Shown here piece by piece: positions 42,367-55,815 of a stretch of 64,000 bases of DNA. The stretch lies in the NCBI RefSeq assembly GCF_009914755.1, contig NC_060942.1. One strand, written 5' to 3'. Each line of letters begins with the position of its first letter. The first letter of the stretch is position 1. The notes beneath the pieces are model-generated. The model saw only the letters and a program-made list of their open reading frames with translations, did no database searches and was not told the origin of the DNA. Both the position numbers and the translations under genes were made by a program. Source of the stretch: the human T2T-CHM13v2.0 reference genome, Homo sapiens.

Positions 42367-43562
42367 ATTTGATGGTAACAGAACCGCTGCCATCGTTACA
42401 AATAATCTCAAAAGCAATTAGCTAGGGGAATAATGATAAAGATGATGTTTGCTTAAAAAAACAGTAGGCTTAGCCAAAATCATTCTAGAACTCACTTTTA
42501 TTTATGTGTAAAACCTAAATTTGGACATTTGTCTTCGTGCTTTTCTATTACGTCTTTATATATGTAGCTGAAATGTATGAGTAAAGAGATCATCTAAATG
42601 AATTTTTATTCTAGAGTTTTATAGGCAGATTTATTCTTAAAACCATCAAGGCTGGGACATCCCATTCAAACTCATAGATTGTCTATTCTACGAAACCCTA
42701 AGTGTTCTCCAGAGTGCACGCTGCTGCTCCTAGTCATGGACGCGGCTGCCTTCAACTCCTTCCTCTTCTTCCTCTGCCACTGAGGATGGAAACCCCAGTA
42801 CCTGAAGGCGGTGAGTTATGCTCAGACATGCCTCCAAGAAAATTCCTATAAAGAGCATAATAAAGTATGCAGAAATCAGCAGAGCACTGAGTCCCTTTTG
42901 CACTTGCCTATCTCCTTTCTAGTAAAGGAGTCCTCATTGCTTTCAGTCTCTGGGCCTTTGAGTTATGTTGATTTTCATGGACGCTTAAGATATTGAAACA
43001 GTCGGTAGCACTAAATCTGTTTTATGTGTGTTTGCTCAAGAAGGATGGAATTGTAGAAAAGAAAGGACTTTTGAAAAAGAGCAAGTTAATCACGAACAAA
43101 AAAAATCGGCATAAATTATCTTGTCTAACAGGTGAAATATAAAGAAAGGCCTTTCCATAAATAAGCAAAGATCATGCTAGGGAATGTGGCCAGGAAGCCT
43201 GTTTGCCTTGAATGTTGTCTGTAACCTACAGGGTGGCCTGATCTTGGGGAAAGGGATGCGTATTTTAGTAGCCACAAAATCACTCCTTTTTCCTTCGACC
43301 TATAGTGAGTTCTCAGGATCTGAGCACATTTCATTCCACCCCTTTTCCTCTTTGCTTTAGGAATAGATGAAGAAAATCAAAGAGCTGTGCACAGCAGAAT
43401 AGAACTGCTTTGAGGACCTGCATAGCTCTGTGGTCTTGGGCAAGTCACTGAGCCTCAGTGTCATGATGGGACGAGTGGATCCAACCTCATTAATGTAAAC
43501 CTCAAATGAGAACATGGTCAGTCACTCATAGGGGAAGCAGAAACAAAGATGAATGCTAAGAT

Positions 43563-43937
43563 TATATCTTGGTTCATTTTCTATTGCTATAACTGAATAC
43601 CTGAGACTGGATAATTTATAAAGAAAATAAATTTATTCCTTACAGTTCTTGAGGCTGGAAAGTCCCAGGGCATGGCACTGGCATCTGCTCAGCTTCTGGT
43701 GAGTGTGCCATGACGTGGTGGGTGGCATCGCATGGTGACACAGATTAAGAGTTGGCTCAGGCCTCTCTTCCTCTCCTTACAAAGCCACTGGTCTCATCAG
43801 GGGCCCCACCCCAATGACCTGATGACTAGGTCTCTGCTCCTAGTTACATCCCAAAGGCCCCACGTCCAATTAACATAGAAATTTAGGGGGTTAAGCTTCC
43901 AACACACGAAATGTAGGGGACACATTCAATCCACAAA
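43563..43937 (-). mobile_element. MaLR solo LTR (MST/MLT1A-like)
   Basis: ttgctataactgaatacctgagactggataatttataaag...acagttcttgaggctggaaagtcc...tggcatctgctcagcttctggtgag...gggacacattcaa. Confidence 0.85.
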
Positions 43938-44173
43938 AATATGTAAAGGCAATTTATATTCAATAAGGCAATACAAAAAAGTAAAATTCTGAAGACAACA
44001 GTTATTTCCCAATGCCTTCTGAGTCACTCTTTGTGGTTAAGATAAACACCGTGGTATCCAGGCTTTGGTGCAATTTCATTTCCTCATTAGCTATTTTTTA
44101 CAAACACTGCTAGGCTTCCCGATGCTCACACAGGGCTGGACAAACAGACGATCAGAGAAACACCATACAGTGA

Positions 44174-44596
<423 letters not shown>

Positions 44597-44732
44597 TCTA
44601 TGTTTTAGTAATGAGTACAGACAGATCCATGGATCACCCATGCAATAAAAAAATCAAAGGCTTCCCCGAGTGAGAGTGCAGGTGCACGCTGTCACCATGT
44701 GGCGCCATGTTGCCGATATCTGCGTCACCTAC

Positions 44733-44820
44733 CGAACACTTCGTTGTCCTCTGAGGTTGTCCGTGAAAGTTCACCCAGGTTTCTCTTTTTTTCAGATTCT
44801 CCTCTGTTAGTTTCACTATT
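44733..44820 (-). CDS. MBP: Golli-MBP internal coding exon (exon 3, 88 nt)
   Basis: Minus strand reads ttttctttttccag|AATAGTGAAACT...GAAGTGTTCG|gtaggtg. Translation NSETNRGESEKKRNLGELSRTTSEDNEVF+G matches the recalled human Golli-MBP N-terminus (MGNHAGKRELNAEKAST-NSETNRG...EVFG-EADANQNNG). Phase 0 in, phase 1 out. The supplied ORF 44634..44876 overlaps it in a different frame. Confidence 0.97.
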
Positions 44821-46451
44821 CTGGAAAAAGAAAACACAACAAACCCTTTTCTTAAGATAAATTGTTTTATCAACAAAATAATTGTAATGCATTTGTCTCT
44901 TTATAAATTTTTTATCAGATAATCAGTTTCACATCTGTTTTCAAGATAGAATATAGAGCCTTGGTTCAGAGGAGGGTTTTCTGCGCAGGATTCTGAATTC
45001 TGGCTTGTTTTCTCTGCCTAAGCACCTAAGCACTTTCTGGACCCAGTTGGTATAGTTTTATACAAAAAAATTGGAATATCAGCCTAGGTAAAATAAATTA
45101 GCTACATGCCATCCCATTTATTCCAAGGGTGAGCCCACATAGTTACTGCTTTAGATTCTAAGTGACACTGTGCGGCAGAACTGACGCCAGGCCTTACTCC
45201 TCCAATGACACCTTTGGCTAACTGGAACCAGTCAGGACCACTTTGATGGGAGAATGAGTCCTTTTAGGGACAGAAAACGAAGCTGATGTCCGGAGGCACT
45301 TTTGCATTCCAGGGGAGGAAGCGGCCTGTTGTGGTGTTATGGGGTGGGCCAGGCCCCCTGGCCACTCCTCTGGGAATCTTCGGCTTCAGAGTTTCTCCTC
45401 TGGGCCTCCCTTTGCCTGTCGTTTGGGGCCCGAATGGCAGTGTGAGCTTGTTTTTCGAGTTTAAAGTTTTCAGTACATAGTTTGATCACCAGTGCAGAGA
45501 GAAGACATGGTTCAGCTTCCTGATATATTTGTAATCAATTTTACTTAACTATTTTGAAATGTCACACTTGCACATTGAATGATTCAAATGCTCTAGAAAG
45601 TGCACAGTGGCTGCGTGCTGAAACCCCGGGGTCTCCTGGATGCCCCCCCGCCCCCTTTTGGGAGGCAGCTGGCATTTCCAGCTCCTTCCAGACTTTGCAC
45701 AATCATCTGGGCACCTTCAGACAATGACACATGGGTATTCTTTTCCCTCCTTTCTGTCTTCACATAAATGGCATCACACTGTGGATGATATGCTCCTTCT
45801 TGCTTTTGCCAGGGAAAGAGGGATCCTGGAGGTGACGTCATGTCGGCACGCACAGACTGCTTGCACAGCCCGCTAGCATTTCAGTTACTGTTCACACCTC
45901 ACCAGGCTCCACAACCACCATCCAGCTTGTTCACATTTGTGTTTTTCAACCCTAACCGTGTTGCACTAATTTCCTGTTCACTTCTCAGAATGCACACGGC
46001 CAAGGAGTATTTCTGGAGGAGGAATGAGTCACACTGGAGCTTTCACTGAGCGGGCGTCAGTGCTGTGGGCAGCCGCGCTGGCCCTGGTGCTACCCACCAG
46101 CAGCACCGGGAGGCTGCTTCTCTCGGGTGCCACTCCCTGCAGCGCCCCACCCTGGTCTCTGCACTTAAGTTTGTACCAATTTTCCACCCAATCTCTCATT
46201 TCCTGGGAGCCTTTAACCCAGGACCATAATATGTACATAGTCTCAATTTTACATTCTTTTCCTTCTGGAGAGAGGGGCAGGCACAGCCATTAAGACCACC
46301 CTGAAGTCTGATTCAGACCTAGTGTGACTCACTTATGTACTGCAGGCTGTTTGTTCCTGGAGAGAAGTCCAGCCCTCTGAGCTCACACCAGCCAGGGCCC
46401 TACACTCCGCCTCCTGGTCACTAAGAGCCCTATCTGGAAACCCTCCATCCC

Positions 46452-46489
46452 GTGTGTGTGTGTGTGTGTGTGTGTTTGTGTGTGTGTGT
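46452..46489. repeat. (TG)n microsatellite
   Basis: Direct reading. Confidence 0.95.
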
Positions 46490-46589
46490 ATCCATTCCCA
46501 TCCCTGGGCAGACAGGAGGGGATGGGTGGGTAAGGTCCCCACCAACCAATGTTTACGGCATTGTTTCTACAATTCAATGCTGTCTGGTG

Positions 46590-47068
46590 TGATTAACAGA
46601 TAAAAAACACACGGGTTATTGGACTCACAAAATTGAGGAGGGAAGAATTTGCCTTCACGTTGTGAAATTAAATTGATAAGAGGACACTGGTTTGGACTGA
46701 GCTCCTGCACTGGGCCCAGCAGACGCCCCCGTATGAAGTATGGTACCAAGCCCAAATGAAGATCTTTATTTGACCTTCTGAGCAATCAGGAGAGGTAACA
46801 GCCCAACTTCCAAGCAGGCCAGGTTTAGCCCAGATGACGAGGAAGTCCCGTCTGCTTTAACCTTTATGGGGAAGTCATCTTGGAACCACCACACATCCGC
46901 CTGCATTTTGTTCTCTGTGTCTGCTTTCCTCAGTCTGTTTATAAACCAACCTCCTCTGCTCGGCTCATTGGAGCACTCATTCTGTTTTGCAGAAAGAGGT
47001 GTTGCCTGATTCTAGAATGACAAATAGCAGCCAATTAAGGTGTTCACATTTGTTGTAACTTTGTGTAC
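46590..47068 (+). mobile_element. ERV1-class solo LTR (MER34-like)
   Basis: aaccaacctcctctgctc.gctcattgga...tgcctgattctagaat...gccaattaag...tttgttgtaa 3' region. Left boundary uncertain. Confidence 0.6.
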
Positions 47069-49842
47069 ACCTGCCAGGCTTCTGTTGCTGGTTGGCCGCT
47101 GTAGAAACCAAGCTGCTGCTTTCCAGATTGCGAGTCACAGAGTCCCACGAAACAGTTACTAATAAGCAATGAAATGCAGAGAATGTTCAAACTCACTAGT
47201 AATCAGAGAAATACAGAGCGAAACAAAAATGAGATTTCTTTTTAACACAAGTAGAAAACAAACTGATGTCTGGCATTGCTAGAGATGTGGTGGGAGGGAA
47301 ACTTTCCTGGGACTGGAATAAACACTCTCAGCCTCTTTGGGAGGACAAAGAGCAGCAGCCGCCACCACGGAGCTGAGCCTTGGGGGCCTCACCTCGGGGA
47401 CTCTGACCTCACCTCGGGGCCTCTGACCTCACCCCCATGGCTTCCAGGCTCCCAGCAGCCTGTGACTTCTGCGGATTTTCCTGTGTCTCTATTACAGAAA
47501 CTCCCAGAACAGTCCATTGTTTTATTCCCCTCCCTGTGATGCGGTGAATACTGTGAGAACAAGAACAGTGCCTTACACACCTTCCCAACCCTCAGGCCTA
47601 GCACAGTGCCTGGCGCCCAGAGAGAGCTTTTTAAACATAGTTAAAATGGATTGTTTCTGTTTCAGCAGAGGGAGCCAAAGATAGCTGGCTATGTACACTT
47701 TTCATATCTATCCAGTTAATTTCAGAAGACACTAAAACTTGGAAAATAAATAATTTCCCGATAGTCTTTCCTCAGCTAGGAATTCATGTCATATTTTTTT
47801 ACATCCTGCTTCTATGCTAATAGGAGATCATATTCTTCACTAATTACAAAATAATAAGTGTTATTTAAGAACTAATTAAGTACGATTCAGCTACCGTCGT
47901 TATTGATCATAGATGCATTTTCTTCATGCTTAATGTCTCTCCAAGCGGGACACCACTAGGACCAGTAGTGTCCTCCCATTGGCGTGGGAAGCCCTTCTCA
48001 CCGGAGAGTAGAACAATGCCGCATCTTAGAAATGAGGCGTTTCAGATGCAGAGTGAAAGCTGATCTTTAAATCACAGCACTTTGCTTTAAGTGCGTGGCG
48101 GGGGATAACCTAGCGGCAGCCACTTCCCTGTATCCACTTCCCAGGCTGGTTTCGAGGGTGGGGGCAGCATAAGCATGAGGAGGAATTTTGTGTCCTGTGC
48201 GCCAGCTTGTGCACACGTTGGTCCCACAGCTATGGTGCGTCCACTCTGTTTATCCCTCACACCAAAGCGGCCACAGGTGGACCCTGAATAGTGATGGCAG
48301 ACAGGACTCCAAATCCGCCTTTTTCTCCACCTTCTCAACTCAGTTCTCTGATGGTTCAACATCTCTAGGTCATACAGGGACACAGGACGCGTGCAGAAAG
48401 TACATACGGGCCTGGGAAATTTCATGACTAATTTCTACTCAAATATAAGGTTTGTTTTTGAGACCCGATATTGCTATTCCAAAAATATAAAATATTCCCC
48501 TATGATGAACACATTTCCTGTAAGCAAAAGGTCTACTCGCAAAACAAATAATGCAGATGATGTGTCAAAAGTGAGGTGATTTTCGTGATGATAAAACAAG
48601 AGCTTCCTGCAGACGGGGCTCAGACTTACGAGAGGGGATGGGTCCTGGCAGCTCAGGCCCTCCCTGCGTCATTGCCCAAAAGAGTCCAAATCTGAGTCCA
48701 AACGGAACCTGTGACTGCACGTGTCGACACGCATTTCAAGCAAGGGTGCCTCCTTCATACTATTTGTAGCAATTTTCTTTTTCATCAGCCTAAATATGTG
48801 GGAGCTGACCTATGTAAGAATCTGTTTCTTATCCATAACAATTTTAGAAGGTGTGTGGGAATTTGCTGCAGAAGCCCCAGGAAGGGAACACATTCCCCTA
48901 TATCGTAAGGAGCACAAACAGCTCGGGACATTACCACGTATGGTGAAAGATGACAGAGAAAAAAGTGTATTTTTTTGGAACAAAAGAAATGATAGTCTCC
49001 TGATCTATTATAAACCAGTGATTAGTCTCATTTTCTCTGTGTGTAAAAACACAAAAACTAAAAACCCTCTACCCAGCCTTGACCTCTAACCCTTAAGTGT
49101 CAAGCTTTCCCTGGGGGTCAGTGTGGCCCTGCACGGGGCTCTGGGGCAGGTGACAGGAGGGGCCCTGGGAACTCGAGAGGTCCACCCTCTCCCGCCACTG
49201 AATTGTGGAAGCGCAATTCAGTTTTCTTCATCAGAACCGAGTGGAGAAGCAAAGGATGGCATGGAGTCAAACTTCCCAAAGCCAGTCACAGCCAGGACGT
49301 CGGCGGGCGGAATCCTGGTTGGTTTTGAGGACCCCGCTCAGGTGCTTGTTCCCGCGTAGCTGGAGTGTCCAGCCAAGTGTGAGAGATCTCCTACCTGGTA
49401 CAGCTATTCATGTACGTGCACACATGGCACACACGCACACGCACATTGTAGGTGAAAATACGCTTATAATTAGCCTTACATTTTTAAAAGATTGGTGGTC
49501 TGGAGGTGGCAATTTCAGGAGGAATGGCCCAGAGGGTAAGTTTCTAATCATCACAAAAAAGGCTGTGAGAGAGGAAAACACTTGCTTCGTATTGGTACAA
49601 ACATTATACAGCATATTCTTAAAGTCCTGATTCAGACTAGAAACTGCTTATCAGGAGAGGAAGGTGTTGAAACATGTTACAAAGTGACTCTCACCTGCAA
49701 AACCAGTTGTATGTTAGACTCGGAGTCATGGTCCACCACAGGCTGCTGTATTCAACACATGTAAGAGTTGATTTTGAGAATTTTTCAATCCCTTAAAAAA
49801 TGCTGCATTTCCCTTAAAAAATGCTGCATTAGGAGATGTCCT

Positions 49843-50038
49843 AAGCTTGTCCAGCCCATCTTATTTTGTTGTTGCTCTTCTGTTTTGTTTTGTTTTAGGC
49901 TTTTAGCAACCTGAAGCCATGGTTTTTAGTTTCTGTCTCTAGTGATAACCAGAACAGAAAGATGAGGAAGGGTCTTTACTGACCCAACCAGGGACAGAAA
50001 CTAAGAATCCATGACTGTATTCTCTCCTTGGACACTTG
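49843..50038. mobile_element. hAT-Charlie (MER30/Charlie4-family) element fragment
   Basis: gcttgtcca... and ...ttggacac termini similar to the element at 2676; internal inverted ttagtttctgtc / gacagaaactaa. Confidence 0.55.
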
Positions 50039-51759
50039 AAGCCTTGAGTGGAGAATCACTGGCCTGGAAGCAGATAAAAGTCTTGTCTGGTTCTGCATCC
50101 TCAGTACCTTGCCACTCACCCACTTGTTCCCACCCATGCTTGCACCAAACCCTGCTCAGGAGCTGAGCATACAAAGAAAATAAGGTAGGAAGCCAAATTG
50201 GGTGCTTCAAAAATAAAGCTAGAGAAGCAAGCCCAGAATGTCAGATGGCGACTGTCCAATTAAACTCGGTGAGCCAAGCCCTGTCCATCACACTGGAGAG
50301 TGTCAATGGCGTAGGAAGTGCACCGTGTTTATTTTTTCTGAGATTTCCCAGAAGAAAAATTACAGTGATTCATATTTCTAAAATTCCTAGGATGTTTAAC
50401 AAGAGAAGTTGCAACTGTCTTCCCCCTTCTGAATCTTATACTCGACTGACCTTATTTAAAAAACAAAACAAACAAAAAAGCCCAGCTGAAGCTTCCTATG
50501 ACGTCACAGGCGACACAGTCATATGTGGCACCTACATGCCAGCTGCTTGGCCTTTGAAGGCTCAGGATCCTGCCGGCGTACACACCCCTCCGCCTCCCCT
50601 CCCCTCCTGCCTCATAATTCTTATCTCATTTCTATGCACAAATCTGAATATGGCCTGGTGTTTCTCACAGCACCACACATATTTTGAGCCTTAGGTCATT
50701 TCAGAGGGGATGCTACTAAAAGGCAGATATTTCTTTAAGTTTTCTTTACCTTCTGCCATATTCCCTGCCGTAGACAGATCTAATTCACCCAGATATTTGC
50801 AGAAAATAGTTTGGGGGCATCAGGATCTGCAACACATGTACGTCGTATCAAAATCATTATTCGCATGACAGCCAAGACCTCGGGCTCTCTGAAGCTGATT
50901 GCCTGGGTAACAGGGAAAATAACTGAGTTTTCTGTACCTGTTTGCTCAGCTTTAAAATGAACATTATAATCATACTTTTCTATGTGGTCATCGTGAAGAG
51001 CATTCAATAAGTGGAAACTGCTCTTTGCAGAAGCACACAAAACTATTGAAAATGCAGATCAGTAGCATCTTAGCTTCACACTGTTATCAGAATAAGCCCT
51101 TATTTTTTCTCAGAACCATCAAAGCCACTTCTCAGGGGCTCTGGCCCAGGACTCCTGGTGTGGCAGCAGAAACAGTGGGATGTAGTGCCGCCCGCAGCGC
51201 AGTTACTCAAAGTGAGATCTTAAGCGAGTCAAGCTCCCTCCACCTCAGTATCCCCAGGAGGACAGTGGTCCCCATCTTGCGGCATCATTATGAGGACTGC
51301 AAATGGCACATTTCTCTGGAGGAAAGCTCACTGCTTTTAGGACGCCTGGCCTGTTCAGCCATTGTCAGCAATGGTCAACCCTCCTTGCTGGCAGCAACGT
51401 GTTCTTTCTGAATCTTCGCCCACTGCCATTGCCCTGTCTTAGATTCCTCTCCAATTAATCCACACCAGAGATTTCTAGGATTTCTAATGAAACTTTAGTT
51501 GACAATGAATACTTCCAAATACTTTGTCAGGATCCAGCATCTGTTCAGCAAATTTCATTTCCAATCCAGAAAGTCAAAGATATCAGGTAGAGGTTAACTG
51601 GCTTATTTTTCATCTTACATATTTTTGCTCTCTTTAAATTTTTATAAGTATTTTATATGTATATATATAAAAAGACTAGATTATAAAAGGAATTTCAGCA
51701 TCATCTAGTTTTACAAAGAGGGTCAACACTAGGCTCATGTTAAGAACAGTGGCACATTT

Positions 51760-52201
51760 GAGATTTTATCTACCCGAAAGCTAAGTTTTGTGGATGCTCA
51801 TGAAGGAATGAGATTCCTGGGTCAGAGACAAAGGGTGGGTTATTATTCACAGCAGTAGCAACATTTCACCATTTTGACATGAGTTCCCTAATACCCAGTT
51901 CACACAGGAGCCATGCGAATGGGCCCAGGTGGCTGTCTGCATGCAGTGGGTTGAGTGGCAGGAGAGGAATGCCCATCTAGGAAACCTGAATCCTTTAGAA
52001 CTGTCAGTAGCTACGCCAGTGCCCTGCTCCGCAGGGAGACACTATATCTCCCAAGACCTGTTATTTGCTGCAGATAGACACTCTCTCTATCTTCCTAGCC
52101 TGTTCATTATGTAAACATCCTGGAAAAAATAGTCCAGAATACGGGTGGATCCTGCCTGGCTTGCAGGACATGCAGACCTGTGGAAGGTTATCTCCCAGCA
52201 A
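51760..52201 (-). mobile_element. Old ERVL-type LTR (LTR40-like)
   Basis: gagattcctgggtcagagacaaagg...aaacatcctggaaaaatagtccagaa...tctcccagca resembles recalled LTR40. Confidence 0.5.
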
Positions 52202-52706
52202 CTGGTTATGTAAGAGGTGACCTGCTGAAAACTAACAACTGCTCTTCAGCCAGCTCGATGGGTGTATTCTCTTGCCTTCCGCCAGTTCACAGCCAAACCC
52301 AACTTCACACATTTTATTCTCAAGCTAAAAGATCACCATGATATCTGTTACTTTAGATGTACTTATCGGAAACGAAATGAGATAGACTTTCACAATTAGA
52401 AAGACTTTAGAGACCAGCCCAACCACTCTTCTCACCACTAAGGCCAGGAGTAGTGATGCTGACTTGTGCACACTCACAGGGTCCTTAGCTCAGAGATGAG
52501 ACTGAAACCTTGGGCAAATGCACAGAAAGGGTTGCTTCTGATCTGAACACAGGTCTGAGGATTTCGCAGCCCCTCAGTCTGGGGGTCCTTGGAGGTAGAC
52601 AGTGCCCACGTGGGGGCTTCAATTTTTCTGTTTCTCCCACTTTTAGGCTTAGCTGCTTCTGGAAAGGGCCATGAGACTTGTGCTGATGGTGGGGTCAGAA
52701 GACAAT

Positions 52707-52814
52707 GGGTTCAGTGAGCCCGGGTCTCCCCAAGGGGGTTCAGTGAGCCCCGGTCTCAAGGGGGTTCAGTGAGCCCGGGTCTCAAGGGGGTTCAGTGAGC
52801 CTGGGTCTCAAGGG
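52707..52814. repeat. ~26-bp tandem repeat x4
   Basis: gggttcagtgagcccgggtctcaagg units. Confidence 0.92.
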
Positions 52815-54559
52815 AAATGGATAGATTTCTAAGTTAACTTCTCCAAGGGAGTCAGAGACTTCAGGGTTGAGGTCATATGTATCACACTTTCGTAGGATTC
52901 TTTTTCTTTGGTCAAGACAACAGGACTATAAGCCTGTGATATGGAAAGGCCATAAGAATTTGGCAGCAAGCTACAAGGAGAACTAGGCTTCAGTGTCTGG
53001 CCCCCATCCAGGCCTGGGAGGAGGAGATGCTCGGGGAACATGGCGAGAGTGGTGGGGTCAAAGGAAAACAAATGGGGGCCACTGTGGGAAGGAAAGGGAA
53101 GCCAGGCACAGCTGGGGCGGAACCAAAGTCCACGATTTCATGGGAAATCGATTCCCAGACACAGCCTGCATTCCTCAACCTCAGTTCAGTGCAGAACGCC
53201 CTTATAATTGCATAACTGTTGGAGTACCATTGGCACCACTGGCAGTGCCTGCCTAGGTGGTCTCTGTCTAATATGCAGTGCAAATGAACAGCCAGTAAGA
53301 AACATTCATGTAAAGATCACAGCAACTAAATAGAAAATTACAGACAAAAGTTTTAATTTACCTGTAATCAGTTTACTAGATCATGTTTACATTATCCACA
53401 TGTTCTAGGCAATACTATCTTGGATTTAAAAAAACTGTGGGTGTTTAAAGAGGATACTGCAGGAAAAACAAACCTCTAAATAAATAAAAGCCTATCTGAT
53501 AGAGCTTCTGAGATCTCAATCCCTCCTCTCCAAGATCCAGAATGGAGGAGAAAGGGCTTCTGTCACGGCAGGTGGAATCACTGAAGTATCTACTCTCTTG
53601 CCCTTTTTGTCTGGAAGCTTCTCCCAGGGATGGAATCACTTTCTGGAGATGCAGTTTCTGCATCAAATAGGGTGCATTTATTAATTACCTTTGAGCAAAA
53701 TGAGTGAATTTTTGCACAAACCATTAAACTATGTTTTTGTTATAGCTAACATTAAAATGGAATTGATAAGAGAAAACACTCTTACTCCTCTTAAAAGTAT
53801 AATGAAATGTGTAATACATTTAGCCATCCATCAAAACGCCCATCACACACATTGCTGGCCTAGAGAACGCCTGACACGTCCAGACGGCAGCGAGAAGGTG
53901 GGTCCTCTGTCCCCTCCAGGAGCAGCGGGCTGAAGGTGGAGTGGCGCTGAAGCTCCCAGGGTGGGGGAGAGGATGGGGTTGAGGGTGCAGCCATCTGATT
54001 TTGATATGCAAGCCCCTCTTTGACTATAGCAGAGAGAAGAAAACTGCTGAAACATGATGATGTTTTGCTTAGGGACAAAATGGTTTCTATTGAAGACCCG
54101 CGTGAACTCATCTTGAATGCCCACATGGAAGAGCTCTGTTTAACGTCCTCAGAACAGGTGCTTTTCAATGCACAGGAGCCAGTCAGCCATAAAAATGTGC
54201 ACACCGCACTAACGGGGACTTCCATATAAAACAATATTAAAATCCAATGGAAGAGATTAGGCTAAGAGTGGAAATGAAACTAGGCATTATACTATTAGGC
54301 TGCAAATTGTGGGGTGAACATTACTATTAGGCCCTTGCTGGTCTCAGGGGACTGTTGGCCTCTGGAGGCAACGGGCATAAAATGCTGATCTGAATATCAT
54401 ACCTTAATGCATATGGAGGGATTCGATTACATTTATCATGAACCTTCGCAATCTCAAACTTTGATTCGAATAAATCAAAGAGCACTGTGAGTGTGAGTTA
54501 CGGAATGGCAGTGACGGTTTATGCTATTCAACTGACAGCCTGTGATTCAGAATCCACTG

Positions 54560-55058
54560 CCTGCCTCTCAGTGTGATGCATGAAAGAGGGCTGCTGGGTT
54601 TGGACACTTGTCCCACGGAGAAGTGAGCCCGTTTCCCTTTCCTGGAATTGGACTGGCGCTGGTGGTCCTGCTAACACAGTGGGGTGGGTTTGGCACTATG
54701 CTGGCACTTGGCCTGATCTTGATGAGGACCAGCCACTTCCACCGTGGCCTCTTGAGTCAACAGGTGGGCCGTTTGAGTGCCCCACAGGGGAGTCCACCTG
54801 GGGAGGCTCTGAGGCCACATGGAGAGGGGAGCCCAGTAGGGCAGTTTTTCAGCAGCTTCCCCTGGCCCAGCTGCACCTGCAGAGGGCTTGGGCCATGCCA
54901 AGGCCTCAGCTGCCCTCTGAGAGCATCGAGGCGGCACCGTCGCTGCTGAGTCCTGCCTGAATTCCAGCTCACAAAATCCTGAGACCTAATGAAGCTGCTG
55001 CTGCTTCAGTGCTGAGGTTTGGAATCATTTGTTCTGTAGCAATGCAAAGCAGGAACGA
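54560..55058 (+). mobile_element. MLT1-family MaLR LTR, GC-rich and diverged
   Basis: gctgagtcctgcctgaattcc...cacaaaatcctgaga...tgaggtttggaatcatttgttctgtagcaat 3' end. Confidence 0.6.
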
Positions 55059-55505
55059 CTGTGCCAGCGGCTGTTTCATGTCCTTCCACCCTTCCTGACC
55101 TTCCACAGAGCAGTTATTAAATATATTGGTGACCACTCAAGTTAAAAACATGTTCAATGATTCTTGAAAAAAGGGCCACTCACATAAACTTTTGAGTATG
55201 AGGTTAAACACACACCTGATTCCAGCAAGTAGGCACGAAAACCACCAGGAGAAGCTCAAGCTCCCAGACCACAGGGACCAGTGCTGAGAGCATTCTGGAG
55301 CCAGGCGCCGAGGCACCAATCCCAACCCCACCCTTAATAGCTTTGCGATCAAGGGCAAGTGGCTTAGTGTCTCTGTGCCTCTGTTTCCTTGTTTGTACAA
55401 GAGTGAGAATAATAGTACCTCTTATTGTTATCAGGAAGATGAAGAGAGTTAATATTTATAAAGTGCCTGGCACAGAATTAGTGCCGTGTGTTTGGTATAA
55501 AATTA

Positions 55506-55815
<310 letters not shown>

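Noticed and set aside
44634-44876. 80-aa ORF over the exon
   Set aside because: Wrong frame; the real coding frame is the spliced Golli frame.
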